A DNA stretch of 62,758 nt, counting the filler, from Sphacelaria rigidula (Eukaryota): assembly GCA_964200075.2 (NCBI GenBank). It is 8 parts of 8 records of this genome, joined end to end, with 100 filler letters (N's around TTAATTAATTAA, not from the genome) between each part and the next. Parts side by side here need not be neighbours in the genome. Positions count along the whole stretch, not along the records: positions 1 to 7,758 come from CAXNAA020013551.1; positions 7,859 to 15,616 come from CAXNAA020013552.1; 6 more parts are not named here. The stretch is one strand, 5' to 3'. Positions 1 to 12,900 of this stretch are shown here, piece after piece (positions within the stretch are counted from its first letter, which is position 1; every line of letters begins with the position of its first letter). A program made the translations under genes and the position numbers. The notes beneath the pieces were generated by a model, which searched no databases, was not told where the DNA came from, and saw only the letters and a program-made list of their open reading frames with translations.

Positions 1-73
1 CTCCAGTACCAATGTACCGCGCAGATATCGGAACGGCTTTTAATGTGAAGACAACAACAACAACAACAACAAC
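1..73 (+). mobile_element. 3' end of a retroposon with (CAA)n tail; same end as the LINE at 59525-62605
   Basis: AATGTACCGCGCAGATATCGGAACGGCTTTTAATGTGAAGA(CAA)n matches the reverse complement of about 59525-59625 (AATGTACCGCACAGATGTCGGAACGGTTTTTATATGAAGA(CAA)n). Confidence 0.7.
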
Positions 74-1729
74 ACCTTTTCATTTTCGGCGGACGTCGAG
101 GTTCCATGTTGTGCGGTACATTTTGTCTCCCCTTCGGGGGCTTGAGTAGCAGAGAGGGCACGACCACGTGCGTCTCGGGTTCGCAGCAATGTACTTACCC
201 CGGACGGCTTCAGAAACCTGATAAATGTCGTTCCGGGATTTGTATGTGAGACAGCTGGTCTTGCTCGCAGGTAACAAGGTTACTTCATGGTCGGTTGCGC
301 ATCTTCTGTGTCGACCACGACGATCGGTAATGATATTGACGAATATGTACGACTTACTGTGCAGCCTCAGTAAATATTGAGACTAGCAAGTGGCGCCCCT
401 ACGGTGGCAATACTCGGCTCGAACTCACGAACAAAAAAGAAGAGCCTCGATGTCTCAAATCTTCTCGTTTCATTATGCCGACACAATTTTCCACACTTTT
501 TGAAACTACGTCCCACAACTCATGGGAAGAACCCACATGAAGTGCATGTGTGATCCGGCTCGCACTATGTCGAGGGTTTGCATGGAACCTTAATATGCAC
601 CACATCTCTAGACAGGGATGATCTGATGCATCCATCGAGATAAAGTTTCGACAGCGCCTCTGTCCACGGTGCCATGCGTATTTCTCGAGCGAGGTGGTGC
701 CACAGGCACCGGACTGGCTCACATACGTATCTGTATCATGCACATCACTTCATGGCAGGATGTAGAATCCCCGGGAGCTCGCCCCCACTGCATCTGCGTT
801 TTTCGGGCGAAACTTCTCTCAAGTTCATGCCCTTTGTGATGCGAATCTTGACATACGCGTGGTGCAGACCAAGCAGGATATTCTGGACAAGGGAGTCCAG
901 GTGGATAAGGTCACCGAGGCCCTCTTGAGAGGGGCATACCCGGAAGACGGCGGTGGAGTGGGCTCAGCTTTCCAGGCCCTCGGTCGTCGAAGACAACGGC
1001 CGAAGACCGACGCGCCTCGTAATCCTTGACTCTGAGCGTACTCGGACGAATGCGGCATGCTGGACTTCGGTGGTGCTTCGTGTTGGCAGTGTCCCTTTCA
1101 AACATGTTTGACTACTGGGGGAGGTTTGCTCACGAGTGATCGTGGAAATAGGAGGTCATCATCCTTGTAGCACGTACCGCGTGCCGATAGGTTTCTTTGA
1201 AGCCACCGGGATATGACGTACGCGGACTATGCATGTATATTTCGCTTTTTCTCGTCCGATTGCTAGTCGGCTCAACGAGGATGTTGCGCTCCCTCCCGTG
1301 CACGTTTGTAAGCGTCTTCGTAACGGCGACCGCCAACTAGATTTCCGCTGGCCAGCCACTTCGCTGTTTGAAGAGGCAATCACCCTATCGCGCATTATTA
1401 AGGCGCGTGCGTACCAGTGTGTCTGTCGGTGTTTTCATGTACCCACGTCGGCATCGAAATGTGCGTCTGTAACAGTCGGTAACCCTTGTGCTGGTGGAGT
1501 GATGAACGATCTGTAGAACGGCTCCCGTACTGATTTTGCGCATGAAGTCAGCAACCATGACTGTAACAGGGCCCACATCATACACGCACCCGAGGCGAAC
1601 GGTAAGACACGCCTCCTTGAAGAGAAGTGACGAAAATGGACACAGATCAGAGGGTGTACACTGGAAAAATGCGAACAAAGGGGAACAGAAGTAGGAATGG
1701 CCGGGTCCGTCAGTAGACGGGAAAGAAGG

Positions 1730-2146
1730 CGGGATTTTACAAATGAGGTATGGATTTTTTATTGGGTATTTGCGCCAGGAGAACTAAAATCTTGGTATCC
1801 ACGCCAAATCTTCAAACTGTGGCTCCATTTCTTCATTTACTGGTAGCTATTGACAACTACTACACGCCATACAAATTTGGATTTCGAAAACCGAAACGTT
1901 GGGGTCCCAGGTAATGAACCAATTTCGGCGTCCGTTCGGATCGCCGAAATGCCCCGAAATTGGTCTTCACCTGTGGGACCCCAATGTTTCGGTTTTCGAA
2001 ATTCAAATTTCAATGGCGTGTAGTAGTTGTCAATAGCTACCAGTAGGTGAAAAATTGAACCATATTTCGAAGATTTGGCGTGGATACGAAGATTTTAAGC
2101 TCCGATACCCAATAAAATATCCATTCCCAATTTGTAAAATTCCGTG
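1730..2146. mobile_element. Palindromic (foldback) MITE, family A, copy 1
   Basis: CGGGATTTTACAAAT...ATTTGTAAAATTCCGTG. The arms pair along the whole length around a centre near 1940. Homologous copies at 5476, 47378 and 48937. Confidence 0.85.
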
Positions 2147-3499
2147 TTCAGGTCGTGCGGTGAAGCAATGCCCCTTACTCGATACATTGAAATTCACAGC
2201 CGTGGAAATAGAATGCGGCCGCTCAATTTTAGCTCACACGCCCGACAGTGATGGAAGCGAGGCACCAAACCACGAATTGCTCGCACACCGGGAGGGAATA
2301 AACACACACGCACACACACACATACACAAACAGAGCAACTTTGAGAGGCCGAGATAGACAAGCGGAGATATGAGGAGAGAAAAAGAGACCAGGGGTGGAT
2401 ATTCAGGGAGTAAATGCGGCTGAGAACACAGTGCGGTGGAGCGTGTGCGAACACACAGCCTCGGCGTCGGCATTTGTTCACCGTTTTCAATACGGACGCG
2501 ACCCCTAATCTTCTCGTCGACCCCCAACATTATTGTCTTGCGATTCAGAGTAGAGGATACGACTGATACGATTGAGAGTGAAAAGCGGTCAATTAATTAG
2601 TGAATGAATCGTTCAAGTTCCGGAAAGCGCCTCAGCAAGGCCCGATATTTGTTCTGTAGTAGGTTACAACTAAGGCCCTTGATATCCCTGAGGAGGATAT
2701 CGATATGTAGCTGTACGCACGCGGCTGTGATGCAGGCAAAGAAAAGCACACACGGAATGAAAAAAATGACTGAGTTGAATCAAATGATCAAAAACCCTCT
2801 CAATTCGCGGTCTACCTTAATCTCACGCATGAATACGTCGTTCACCGCCATATCGCTGACTGGCCCTCTGCACGAGCACGACAACCTGCGGCGGTGCTAC
2901 GGGAAATGCGAAATGCAACGCAACTTCTGCAACAAAATTAGATTCTGTACGTTATCACGCTAAAACATGGTAGCCGCATCACGGTGCCGTAGCCTTGGGG
3001 AGTATAAATACAGCAATGACCTGCTTACTCGCAGTTCCTGCAGCCGTGGGAGATGGAGTCACTGGTTGTGTGTCGAGGACCCCGCCCATGCCACAACAAG
3101 TGGACTCACGGGGCCACCTTACACAGGCTGCGGCTGGTACACGTAGTCCGCACTTCGCACCCAGTAGACCAAGGTGATGCGGGCTGTAGACAATGTACGT
3201 GAAGCGTGGATGAAGTTCGTAGCAGCGGTCCTCAACGTTGACAACGTACGACGCGAGCCAGCCGAATGGCGTTCACATTTCTGGTTCATTGAAGGCTATA
3301 GATGCATGCTCAACCTGCGGAACAATGCAGGAAAAATGTACTTACTAGCGGTAATCACCTGTTGGCGTTCTTGTCTACACCACGGCCGCTGTCAACCCCG
3401 ACCACATGATCAAGTGCTCTCACGGCACCCAACCCCCACATAACATAGCTTATATCCAAGTTACAAGTTGCTGAGTCGCGTGTTTTTGACAAAAGCCAT

Positions 3500-3960
3500 G
3501 TCCAACTCCAGTCGGGTGCACTGGTATTTCGTTCCATCGTGAGATACAGGAGCGATTCGCGCCCGCCATGGGGTCGCTTGGACCTCCCAACAGCTTGATT
3601 TACCGATGGTTGTGGACTGTAGGAGTGTATTGCAGCTACTCTTGTGTTGATGCAAGGCACATGGGACGAACGCGTGTACTTTCTCCGCAGTCGCTGGACT
3701 TGTAAATAACTATTTACCACTCCAGTCCGGGGGGCACATTTTTCGGCACAGCATGCAGCAGGCGCATTTCTCGCCCGCCACGATGCCGTTTGCACCACGC
3801 GATGGCTCGAATGATGGCTACGGACTGTGTGAGCATATTGCAGCTGCTGTTGTGTTGATGCAAGGCACATGGGACGAACGCGCGCAGCTACTCCACTCGC
3901 TGGAGTTGTAAATAACTATGTACCACTCGCGAGTTGTGATAATGTTATTTACAACTCGCG
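3500..3960. repeat. Degenerate tandem duplication, period about 208 bp
   Basis: TTGTGTTGATGCAAGGCACATGGGACGAACGCG occurs at about 3642 and 3850; flanks such as CGCCCGCCA and TTGTAAATAACTAT are also repeated. Confidence 0.75.
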
Positions 3961-4539
3961 AGTTGTAAATAGCCTCGCCCCCCCCAAAAACGTCTGGTGT
4001 GCCGAACGTGGGACATTCCCGGAAAGCAAGGTCATAACAACATGCATTGTGGTTTGTGGCACAACGCAAAGAATAGCGCTCGAATCGCAATCGTGGTGGA
4101 CGAGATCGTCTCTGATTTAGCCGACCTATCGATGGACCCACCTCAACGAACCATCGTCCCCGACAAAAGCAAGTGAATTAATAAAAAACGAAGACGGGAT
4201 GACGGAAGCAAGGAAGGAGTAGAGGTCTGAGCCGGAGTAAGGTTTTTCGGTGCGTTGAAGTATGTTCGTGTGTAATGCACTCCGACAAGTTAGTAACAGA
4301 AAAGTGTTGCTGCTTGTATACCCAGCCGCTCTGGGGACTCACGTCAGAGGGCGTGGTGGATACTAGAGCAGACAACAACTTTGTGACTGTCTCGCGCTCT
4401 TCTGTTTCTTGCTTATGCAGAGTCCAACTTCAACGCCACATGCGGCCTGCCGTCTGTACATCATCCCTCCGCTGCCACGAAGCTCCAGTGTTGTGTTCGC
4501 ATGCTATGAAGCGACATGTTTTGACTCGGAATATAAGGA

Positions 4540-5035
4540 GGACCCATATCACCCACCGTGGAGGCGCGAAGATTCACTTTCAGAGCTGGCGGCAGGACGA
4601 AAACCCGCTTTTCAAAGGTGTCTTGTAACCTGGTCTATGGCGATAGCTTTAGATGATAGGAGCAATGGGAAGGAATGCACGGAGGATAAAGAGAAGACAA
4701 ACACTCTCGAAGTGCGTACTGTTCAATATCGTGCTACATTCCCTTGTATAGTACTGTGCCTTGTTCTTGGGCTGTGTCCATCCATATACAGCCACCTCCA
4801 AGGCGACTCATCCGGTGTTCATTGACATAATTTTGACTTGAACGATGAACGCAAGACCCAGATTACCCACCGTGGAGGACCAAGGGTTCACTTTCGGAGC
4901 TGGGGGCAGGACGAGTTCACGCTCTCCAAAGGTTTCTTGTAACCTGGTCCATTGTGATAGCCATAGACAACTGAAGCAATGGGGAGTAACGCAGGGGAGG
5001 CGGGACAGAAGACTGCACTCTCAATGTTTTCGTGA
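4540..5035. repeat. Degenerate direct duplication, period about 315 bp
   Basis: ACCCACCGTGGAGG...TTCACTTTC.GAGCTGG.GGCAGGACGA...CAAAGGT.TCTTGTAACCTGGTC at about 4551 and 4865. Confidence 0.75.
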
Positions 5036-5475
5036 GATTGAGAGTAGCGGGCCGGATTGAGAGTAGAAATGTCATTCGAAAGACGGGTCTGATGTGCCTC
5101 TCCGATTGATGGAAAAAAATTGAGGATGGACAATAATGGGAGCTCCTGCCGTTCGAGACGTTAATGTTTGACTATCATGGGGCCGTCGTGACATGGAGAG
5201 TAGCAGATGTGATTCATGCGAAGATGTTCCCGTGTCAGAAATCACTGTCGTTTCCGATGACTTCGTACCGTTGGCCGGCGAGGAAAGTTCTGCTGTTGAG
5301 TTGTTGAATCATCCAACAATGTAAAAGTATGCACGACCGAGATGGACTGCTCTCGCGATGACGCTTGACGGCGAATCTGTCACGGTTTCCACGCTTCGGG
5401 ATAATATCTCCAGATGACCAATACGCCGATGGAAGCCCTTTGACGACATATTTTCTGCAGCCTACCTTATCTTGA

Positions 5476-5840
5476 CACGGGATCTTACAAATTGGGGATA
5501 TTCTTTTGGGGATGAAAAACCCGGAGAATTGAAATCTTTGCATCCACACCAAATCTTCGAAATATGGTTCCATTTCTTCACCTAATGATAGCTATCGACA
5601 GCTGCTACAAGCCATGGGAATTTGGATTTCGATTACCGAAACGTTGGGGTCCTAGTTGAAAAACCAATTTTGGGGAATTCCGGGTGTCCGAACGGACGCC
5701 AAAATGGTTCCGAATTTGTTTTCGACCTAGGACCTCAAAATTTCGATGGCCGAACACCCAAATCTTTATGGCGTGTAGCAGTTGTCAATAGCTATCAGTA
5801 GGTGAAAAAATGGAACCATATTTCGAAGATTTGGTGTGGA
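5476..5840. mobile_element. Palindromic MITE family A, copy 2 (right arm truncated)
   Basis: Starts CACGGGATCTTACAAATT and is colinear with the other copies; breaks off after GATTTGGTGTGGA. Confidence 0.85.
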
Positions 5841-6195
5841 TGTCAAAAAGAGGGAGTAGCTAATGCAGTGGCTGGGGTCTCTCAGTATGAGTGCCAGGAG
5901 ATACCATGGTGCCAACCCACCAAGCTTCCACGTGGGCAAACTCACACAGACCTTGTTATCCTTCCTTGACTTATCACAGAGTAGATTCATTCATGTTCAG
6001 ACTCTTAATAAGGAACTCACGTGTTCGCTTAGCATCATGTTTTATCTACAAGCCCCTCTTACTCAGTACAGCCGCAGGGCAGCCATAGGAGCAGAGCGTA
6101 GTGATGGCCCAGGGTAGAGACCAAGGCAAGCCGGTAACTGATAAGATGGGGCGCCGCGGCCTGGGGCCGCGGCTGAACAACCCTAACTTATGACA
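5841..6195. mobile_element. Possible solo LTR
   Basis: TGTCA...TGACA termini, 355 bp, starting exactly where MITE copy 2 is cut. Flanks GTGGA/GTAGC do not form a clean TSD. Confidence 0.4.
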
Positions 6196-7124
6196 GTAGC
6201 AAACGCGATAACAACGCGTCACGGAATCCAGGGTCTACGAGCAGACTCGCACAGAGTATATCTTGCAACGCCTCTGAGCTTCATCACACTAGCCCATCCT
6301 AGACGAGTCCTTATGCAGTTGAATTACATCACCTCGGCACAATGTAATTACGCCGAGGAGATTCGGAATTCAACAAGAAAGGGCTCTTCTACACTACACT
6401 AGTACAAAAGCATGAAGCGAAGAAAAAGTATTCTCTCTCCCACACCTTTAAAAGGCGAGCATCGCTGCGATCCGACACATCATCAAACGTTCAATCCACA
6501 GGAAGGAAAGCGTTGTATATACGTGACACTCACGCACCTATATTGGACAAGACAACACACACGCAAGTCCATCTACAAAATAGAGGACTAAATGGTACGC
6601 ACGCGTAGACTTTCATCTACGAACAGAACGAGAATGGAATGCCAGACAATCCGGGAAAAGGGGAGGGAAAATGCAGTTGCGGCATAGCATCGCGGCAACT
6701 GCTCTGGTCGGACGCAGATCCAAGTGAGCTCCACGTCTTTGTTCGACTCCGTCCCAACATATCCGTCGCGTGTAGCGAGAGTGGCACCCCGCTCGTTTCC
6801 GTGGCAGGGCGTTTGAAGTACCAAACTTGCCTTGACAAGGCGTGCGGCGTGAAGTACAATGCGATGGGGGGGGGGCGAACTACGCAGCGACAGGGAGATA
6901 AAATTGGGGATGCAGCCCAAGTTCACAGTTGGTGTGCCCGAAGTGCGGAGTCAAAATCCTGCGGGGGTGGGCACTAGCCCATCCAAGACGACACTCGGGG
7001 TAAAAAGCTAAAGATCGTTGGTCAGAACTCTTCGTTCAGCGCGGCGGATCAACTATCGCGTGTCATGAGCAAACTTGGTGTAAATTAAAAAAAAAAAGCA
7101 ATTTGTCAGGACGCAATACCCAAC

Positions 7125-7470
7125 TCAAAACAATCGTCCGGCGGAAATACAGCCTACAACAAGGGCGGTATGATTGATCATTCCCAGGGGAACACTGGAC
7201 CACGAGCAACGGAACGACACAAGAGAACACACCCGTGTCGTCAGCTGACCAGGCTGCGCCACGGGATAGGGGTAGAACAAACAAATGAACACATCCAGAT
7301 GAATTGTCGAAATGCGGTAGCTCACTTCAATCTCAAACAGTCGTCGGGCATAAATACGGCCTACAACAAGGGCGGTATCATTAGCAGTACACGGTGTAAC
7401 CAAGGACCCGTGCAACAAGACGATGTACGAGAATACTCCCGTGCGGCGAGCTCTCTTGGCTGGTGGCAGG
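7125..7470. repeat. Tandem duplication, period about 207 bp
   Basis: AAATAC.GCCTACAACAAGGGCGGTAT.ATT at about 7146 and 7352, with similar downstream sequence. Confidence 0.75.
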
Positions 7471-7758
7471 GGGTTGAGCAGTGACAACAACAAACACACT
7501 CATCATAGTTCCGAACATGCGGGGAGGCCGGACTAAATAAATCTACAGTCCTCTCATCGCGTAAAGAAACCTCGAAGACAAGAAGAAAAAAACACTAGAT
7601 GCTCAGGGGACACGGACAAAGATGCGACAGCGACAAGAAAGATGACTACGGGTACTAGAAACAGTCACCAAGAAGGCGAACTCAGCACAAAGAAACACGG
7701 CACCAAACCCTGTGGGGGGGCTACAATGTTGCAGAGGGGAGGGGGGGGCGTACTCAGT

Positions 7759-7858
7759 NNNNNNNNNNNNNNNNNNNNNNNNNNNNNNNNNNNNNNNNNN
7801 NNTTAATTAATTAANNNNNNNNNNNNNNNNNNNNNNNNNNNNNNNNNNNNNNNNNNNN
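7759..7858. other. Artificial contig spacer (others at 15617-15716, 23475-23574, 31332-31431, 39189-39288, 47046-47145, 54903-55002)
   Basis: Exactly 100 nt of N with a central TTAATTAATTAA (stops in all six frames); the flanking segments have near-identical, decreasing lengths. Confidence 0.98.
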
Positions 7859-8869
7859 AACATCAGGCGCTGTATGGCCATTTTTTTTGTGACACTTTTA
7901 GCTTGTTTTGGGGGAGGGCTATCGTAGAAAGTGTCGTCGTTGATGACGTGAAAACCCCGTTGGCTGGTGCAAGATGTGTAACATTTGCATATGATGGACG
8001 ATGGATCCTACATCCTATGGGATAAAGATGGTGTGCACTTGACGAATCATGATGTGCATATATGTCTAAAAGAATTGCCCCCAACTATTCTGTCGCGGGT
8101 CTGACCCACCAAGAACTAATGTGGAGACGAAAAGTCCTCGAGTATCGTGGTTGACAGATCAAATACCTTGCCCGCACCACACCCTCGTCCCCTGCTCTCG
8201 TTGATACATTCGCACTCACATTATCAAAGGTATGGAAATTTATGTGTCTATATTTTCGCGTTTCTCTGTTGGCTGTGTGCTACTGTGCAGGAGCAGAAGA
8301 TGCGTGAACAAAACATTAGCGGCATGCTTTTCGGTCCCCCGTGTGTGTACCGCTACCCTCTCGAACTACCGCGAGCAGGCTGTACTGCATTGCACTTCAT
8401 CGCCAAGCAGTAAATGTTGTATGGTCTGTCGTAGCGTACATTTTCTTGTTACGTATATTATCAGCAATCACCAGCCTTGTCACTCGTGCGAGACATACAG
8501 TGTGAAGTTCAACAAATACACATCAATACAAAGCCAGCGGAATCGCAGTTTTGCATGCGGGTGCGCATCAGGTGCGGAATGATACAGATGCTATTTCCAC
8601 TCCAGCCTAGGATTGGTTGCTTTGGTCGACTTTCGGGCTACCTATGCATGCCCTGCGTAACTCATGACCGGGCACGATTTGATATATGTTGGCGCTACTA
8701 ATTTGAACCAGCAAGATCTGGCCGCTCTATCTGTAATCCTGGAATCAAGAGCTTTCAGTGTAGGTAGCCCGAAACGAATGTTCGGTACCTGTGGAAATCT
8801 CGGTATTACGTGCCATCCCATAACCCATCATGATCCACCAACCATATTGGTAGGTTCATATTTTTCTCA

Positions 8870-9316
8870 GACCGCTGCTTACACGAGTGATGACAGATGA
8901 GAAATAAAATCTGGCCAAGTGCTTTTTTGGAGGGTCTGCGTCGTTTCACGCCCCAGAAGACAGCTGGGCGGAGTTTGACACCTTCGAAGGACATGCTCTA
9001 CTAGTTGAGGCGGTTCCAGGACATCTTCCCGCTTTTCGGTGGCAGCAGTTTTCTCTTCGGCAAACCAAGAATCTTCGTCCAAGAACGATCAACTCCAGAG
9101 AAAAATGGCGATTTTTTCTCGATTTGATCGTTCTTGACCGTTCGTGGACAAAAAATCTTGGTTGGCCAAAATAAAGAGTGCGTCCACCGGAGAACGGGAA
9201 GATGTCCTGGAACCGCGTCAACGAGTAGAGCAAGTCATTCTAAGGTGTCCAACTCCGTAAAACGACGTAGAGGCTCCAAAAAGGCACTTTATTTTCGTCT
9301 GTTACAAGCAGCGGCC
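8870..9316. mobile_element. Foldback MITE family B, PIF/Harbinger (Tourist)-like
   Basis: Ends GACCGCTGCTT...AAGCAGCGGCC with long internal inverted arms (GGTTCCAGGACATCTTCCCG / CGGGAAGATGTCCTGGAACC). 3-bp TSD TCA at 8867-8869 and 9317-9319. Confidence 0.8.
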
Positions 9317-9980
9317 TCAGTAGTCTCGACTGCCCTGGTTTGGGGGATGCTGCCATCGAAAATGGCGTAGGGCTTGGGTGTTTTCTCCTTTCGAGCGTCA
9401 TGGATCGTGAGCTGCGGTGTTACAAATAGGATATCCAAAAAATGTACTGTGCAATGGAACAGGGTAAAACGAGCCTTGTTTGTTGCGTGACACGATCTCC
9501 AAAGCCTAGCGACATCACAGATCCGAACATGCGGTTCGCTCGGCGCACTTGCTTTTGCTCTCTCTTATCCCGTGCGTTCCTCACGCGAGATATCTTTTCA
9601 ATTGACAAAGGATGTTGAGGCGAAGTTATTGCGATAAAAGGATTATTGCCAAGGATGTGCATGTGCATGTTTGTGTCTAGTCCCCATGGTCTTGTGGTGT
9701 ACGTCATCATTTCACAGCGCCACACCCCCGTACAACCGCGACAGGAAAAAACGGGGAAAGTCTGCTGCAGTATGACAGATTTCAAACCCGGGCCTGAACA
9801 ATACTATGAACAATACTATGAGAGTAGATTTATAGTGCAGGTCGAGGTATCCGTATAATCTGATACGGTACGTAGAAGCGCGGTGCTAGCGAGTCTCGCC
9901 CGGGGGGCGTAGCATGTCGATGGCTGGTAGCCCACTTATATTTTCTAATGTGCATGCACATCGTCGCGAAATATCAACAG

Positions 9981-12900
9981 ATGGCGGACGAAGGTTTGGT
10001 ACAGTTTCTGGTGTTGGCCAAAGGTGCCAAGGGGGCGGCGTGTTCAGCTCTTATCCAGCAGGTGCTCAGCAACAAGAAGATATTTGTCTTCGGCGAGCTG
10101 CTGGCCATGCCTAATGTCCAAGCGGTGAGTGTGTGGCTGTTTCCTTTTCGTCAGTACAGACGGGATCATAAGTGTCACCTCCACCAGTAGGCTGCGGAAG
10201 AAACCGGTCGTGTGGTAGAGGAGAGGACCATCAACGAGCGCTGCACTCGACGGTTCATGTATGCAGCTATCGCACGTATCGACTGCTGCTTCAAGTTGAA
10301 CTTTAGTACTCGTTGATCACGCTCGTACCTGCTCTACGTCAAGTCAACATTGGGACCGACTCGCGGCAAAGGGCCGCTGCGTATGCCCGAAAATTCGAGT
10401 CGCAAAGTAACGTGCTGGCTTACACGGACTCAGTGAGGCCACATTTCCGATGAAAACTGTGGGTCGCTCGGGTTGTACCTAGGCTGCACTTTAAAGGACA
10501 AATACGTTTGTGCCATGATTGAAGCCCTACGCAAAACCACGATGAGGCCTGTCGGGCCAGAGGGCCCAATCTCAGCGCGCCCAACAGTGATTGTTCCGAC
10601 GCTTATGACGGGGTGGCATGCTTGCAAAACGACTTGGACTACCCGTACCTCCAGGAGAGTTTCCCGCGGAAAACACGCCTGGACTCTTTTCGGCTGAACA
10701 TGCCTGTTTTCCCTTAATCGAGCTCTTCACTTTGCTTTGGATCGTTTGTATATATTTGTGATCTTCTCCAGCTCGCCGGCACGCCGCACGAAAAGAGTTT
10801 GCGTCTGCTAGAAATTTTCGCCTACGGAACGTACGCCGAGGCCATGGCGAAGGGGGATGAACTGCCCAAACTTACCCCAACACAGGTACAAGCAGTTTTC
10901 AGTGCTGCGCCGTGTAGTTTACGTAGGATGAAGTTAGAATCACAAACTGATATAGGTGTGCTGTTTACCGGTTGTACTGGGCATAAGGGCTATGTAGTGG
11001 TATTAGTAGTGTTGGTTACTCCCTGGATCACAAGTGTTAATATTCTACGACACATGCAGCACTGGCAATCGTCTTGCGAAACTGATTTCGGTGCCTTTTA
11101 GTACTGGGTTTATGCACGAGTTGCTTACCCTCGCGTTTTTGTGTTTGTAAATCTGGAAATCATACTCAATGCGTGTGTGTGTCTCAATAACAAAGGCACT
11201 CCCGCGGATGGGGTTTATTTTGGGTATTTTTTGGTTTTGAACAATGACGCTTGTCGTGTTTCGTAAATCTGGCGATACATTTAGGTCGTTTTTGATCGGA
11301 CAAGAACTTGCTGAGGACAAGGACAATTTTTTCGATTCCAATAGCTACAAAGAAGAGTGTTTTGACCTTCCTCCTGTGTGACCCCGGCTGATGCGCCCAC
11401 ATGTACCGAAAGGTGGAGACAGGCGTCCAGATCAGATGGGATGACAACACACCCACACACACACACACACAAACCACGGCGTGTTCTCTCTGCTTTAGAT
11501 GGAGAAACACGCATAACTTAGAAATCCAAGTGTTTCATTCGCTTCATTATTCTGGTGTGCCTTCTGCCACAAAAGGTGGAGAAATTGCGTATGCTGAGCG
11601 TGGTGACTTTGGCGCACAAAAACAAAGTTGTCCCCTACTCCATCATCAAGACGGAACTGGGCATGGACAACGTTCGGCATATTGAGGACCTTATCTTCGA
11701 CACTATATACTCCGGGATGTTGCAGGGAAAGCTGGACCAGCGGCAAGAAGTTCTCAAGGTAGCTCGTGGTCGTAAGGCTTGGTAAAAAGGCAGCAAAAGC
11801 TTCTCCCATTTCTACTTACCGGCATCATTTGACGGAGAAGGGCTCCATCACTTGAGTAGCCGCGGCACACCTCCAAGCCAATCATGGAGCTTGATACAAT
11901 TGTACCTTTTTCCAGGCTTTATACTGTGTGAGCCAGTGTTGACTTTATTATACTCAGAAGTTGAGAGTTATTTTGCCGTTCCTTGCGTTGTAGTCACTGT
12001 ACGTCTGGCGAATGCTTGAGTGAGTCTGCAACTCCTTCGGACAGAAAACGAAAGTGCTGTAGTATCCACGCTATATGAGGCTATTTTTCCATGACTTCGA
12101 CATCGATGTTGACAGAAAAACGTACGTTTTTGTTTACGCTACCTCTTGAATATGTAGGAATAGTGCTTGAGCACCTGAACGATGTGCGTTTTCGAAAGAG
12201 GCGCCGATGTCCACCTGACATGTTGATCCACGTTTTAGGTGAAGTATGCGATGGCAAGGGATGTCCGCATGCAGGACTTGAGGGGAATGATCGAGAAACT
12301 AGGAAGCTGGGCGGGTACCACGCAGGATCTTCTGGCGACATTGGAGGTCAGCAAGAGAAGCACAGCGCGATATCATTTCATGCTCCAAGACGTTGGCTCT
12401 GTTTTGAGCTGCATAATGACCGTTGCACACCACCAGCAAGGCTTTGTCGATCGTGGTTGCTCTTTGATGCCGTGAAATATTTTTCGCCCGCTCTTCGCAG
12501 CAGCGAAGTTTCTACACGCTCATATGGCGTGTTGAGTCCCACACGCTCTAGCACCGCACTTTTTGTTGTTGCAGTGAAGGGTTATCGTGGCGTGCCAACC
12601 CTCCGACCGCGAAGCATTTTGGGATGCATGCTCGAAAAGCTTCTGGAATATACTTACCCATGTACATGTGCAGAGTACGGTTTTGACGCTCCCAGGGTCC
12701 TGTGACCTCGGTCCCCTACGCCACATCCACGAGCGGCTACCAAAATGACAGGCTAGCTTTCTAGCTGACTTGGTTGGCCATGGTATGGTCACTCTAGCAA
12801 CTTTTGTGCGCTCCACACTGCATCCATGAACTTGGACTCGAGCAACTAGACCAAGCACAGCCTCCATTGGATGCAGCCTTCCGTGGAAGCATAGTAGTAT

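Noticed and set aside
7803..7814. TTAATTAATTAA recurring every 7857-7858 bp as a periodic biological motif
   Set aside because: It sits in the middle of N runs and is an assembly linker.
11385..11425. Hammerhead ribozyme in the SINE (CTGATG...CGAAA)
   Set aside because: The core reads CTGATGC or CTGGTGC, not CTGANGA, and GAAA is the loop of an ACC/GGT hairpin.
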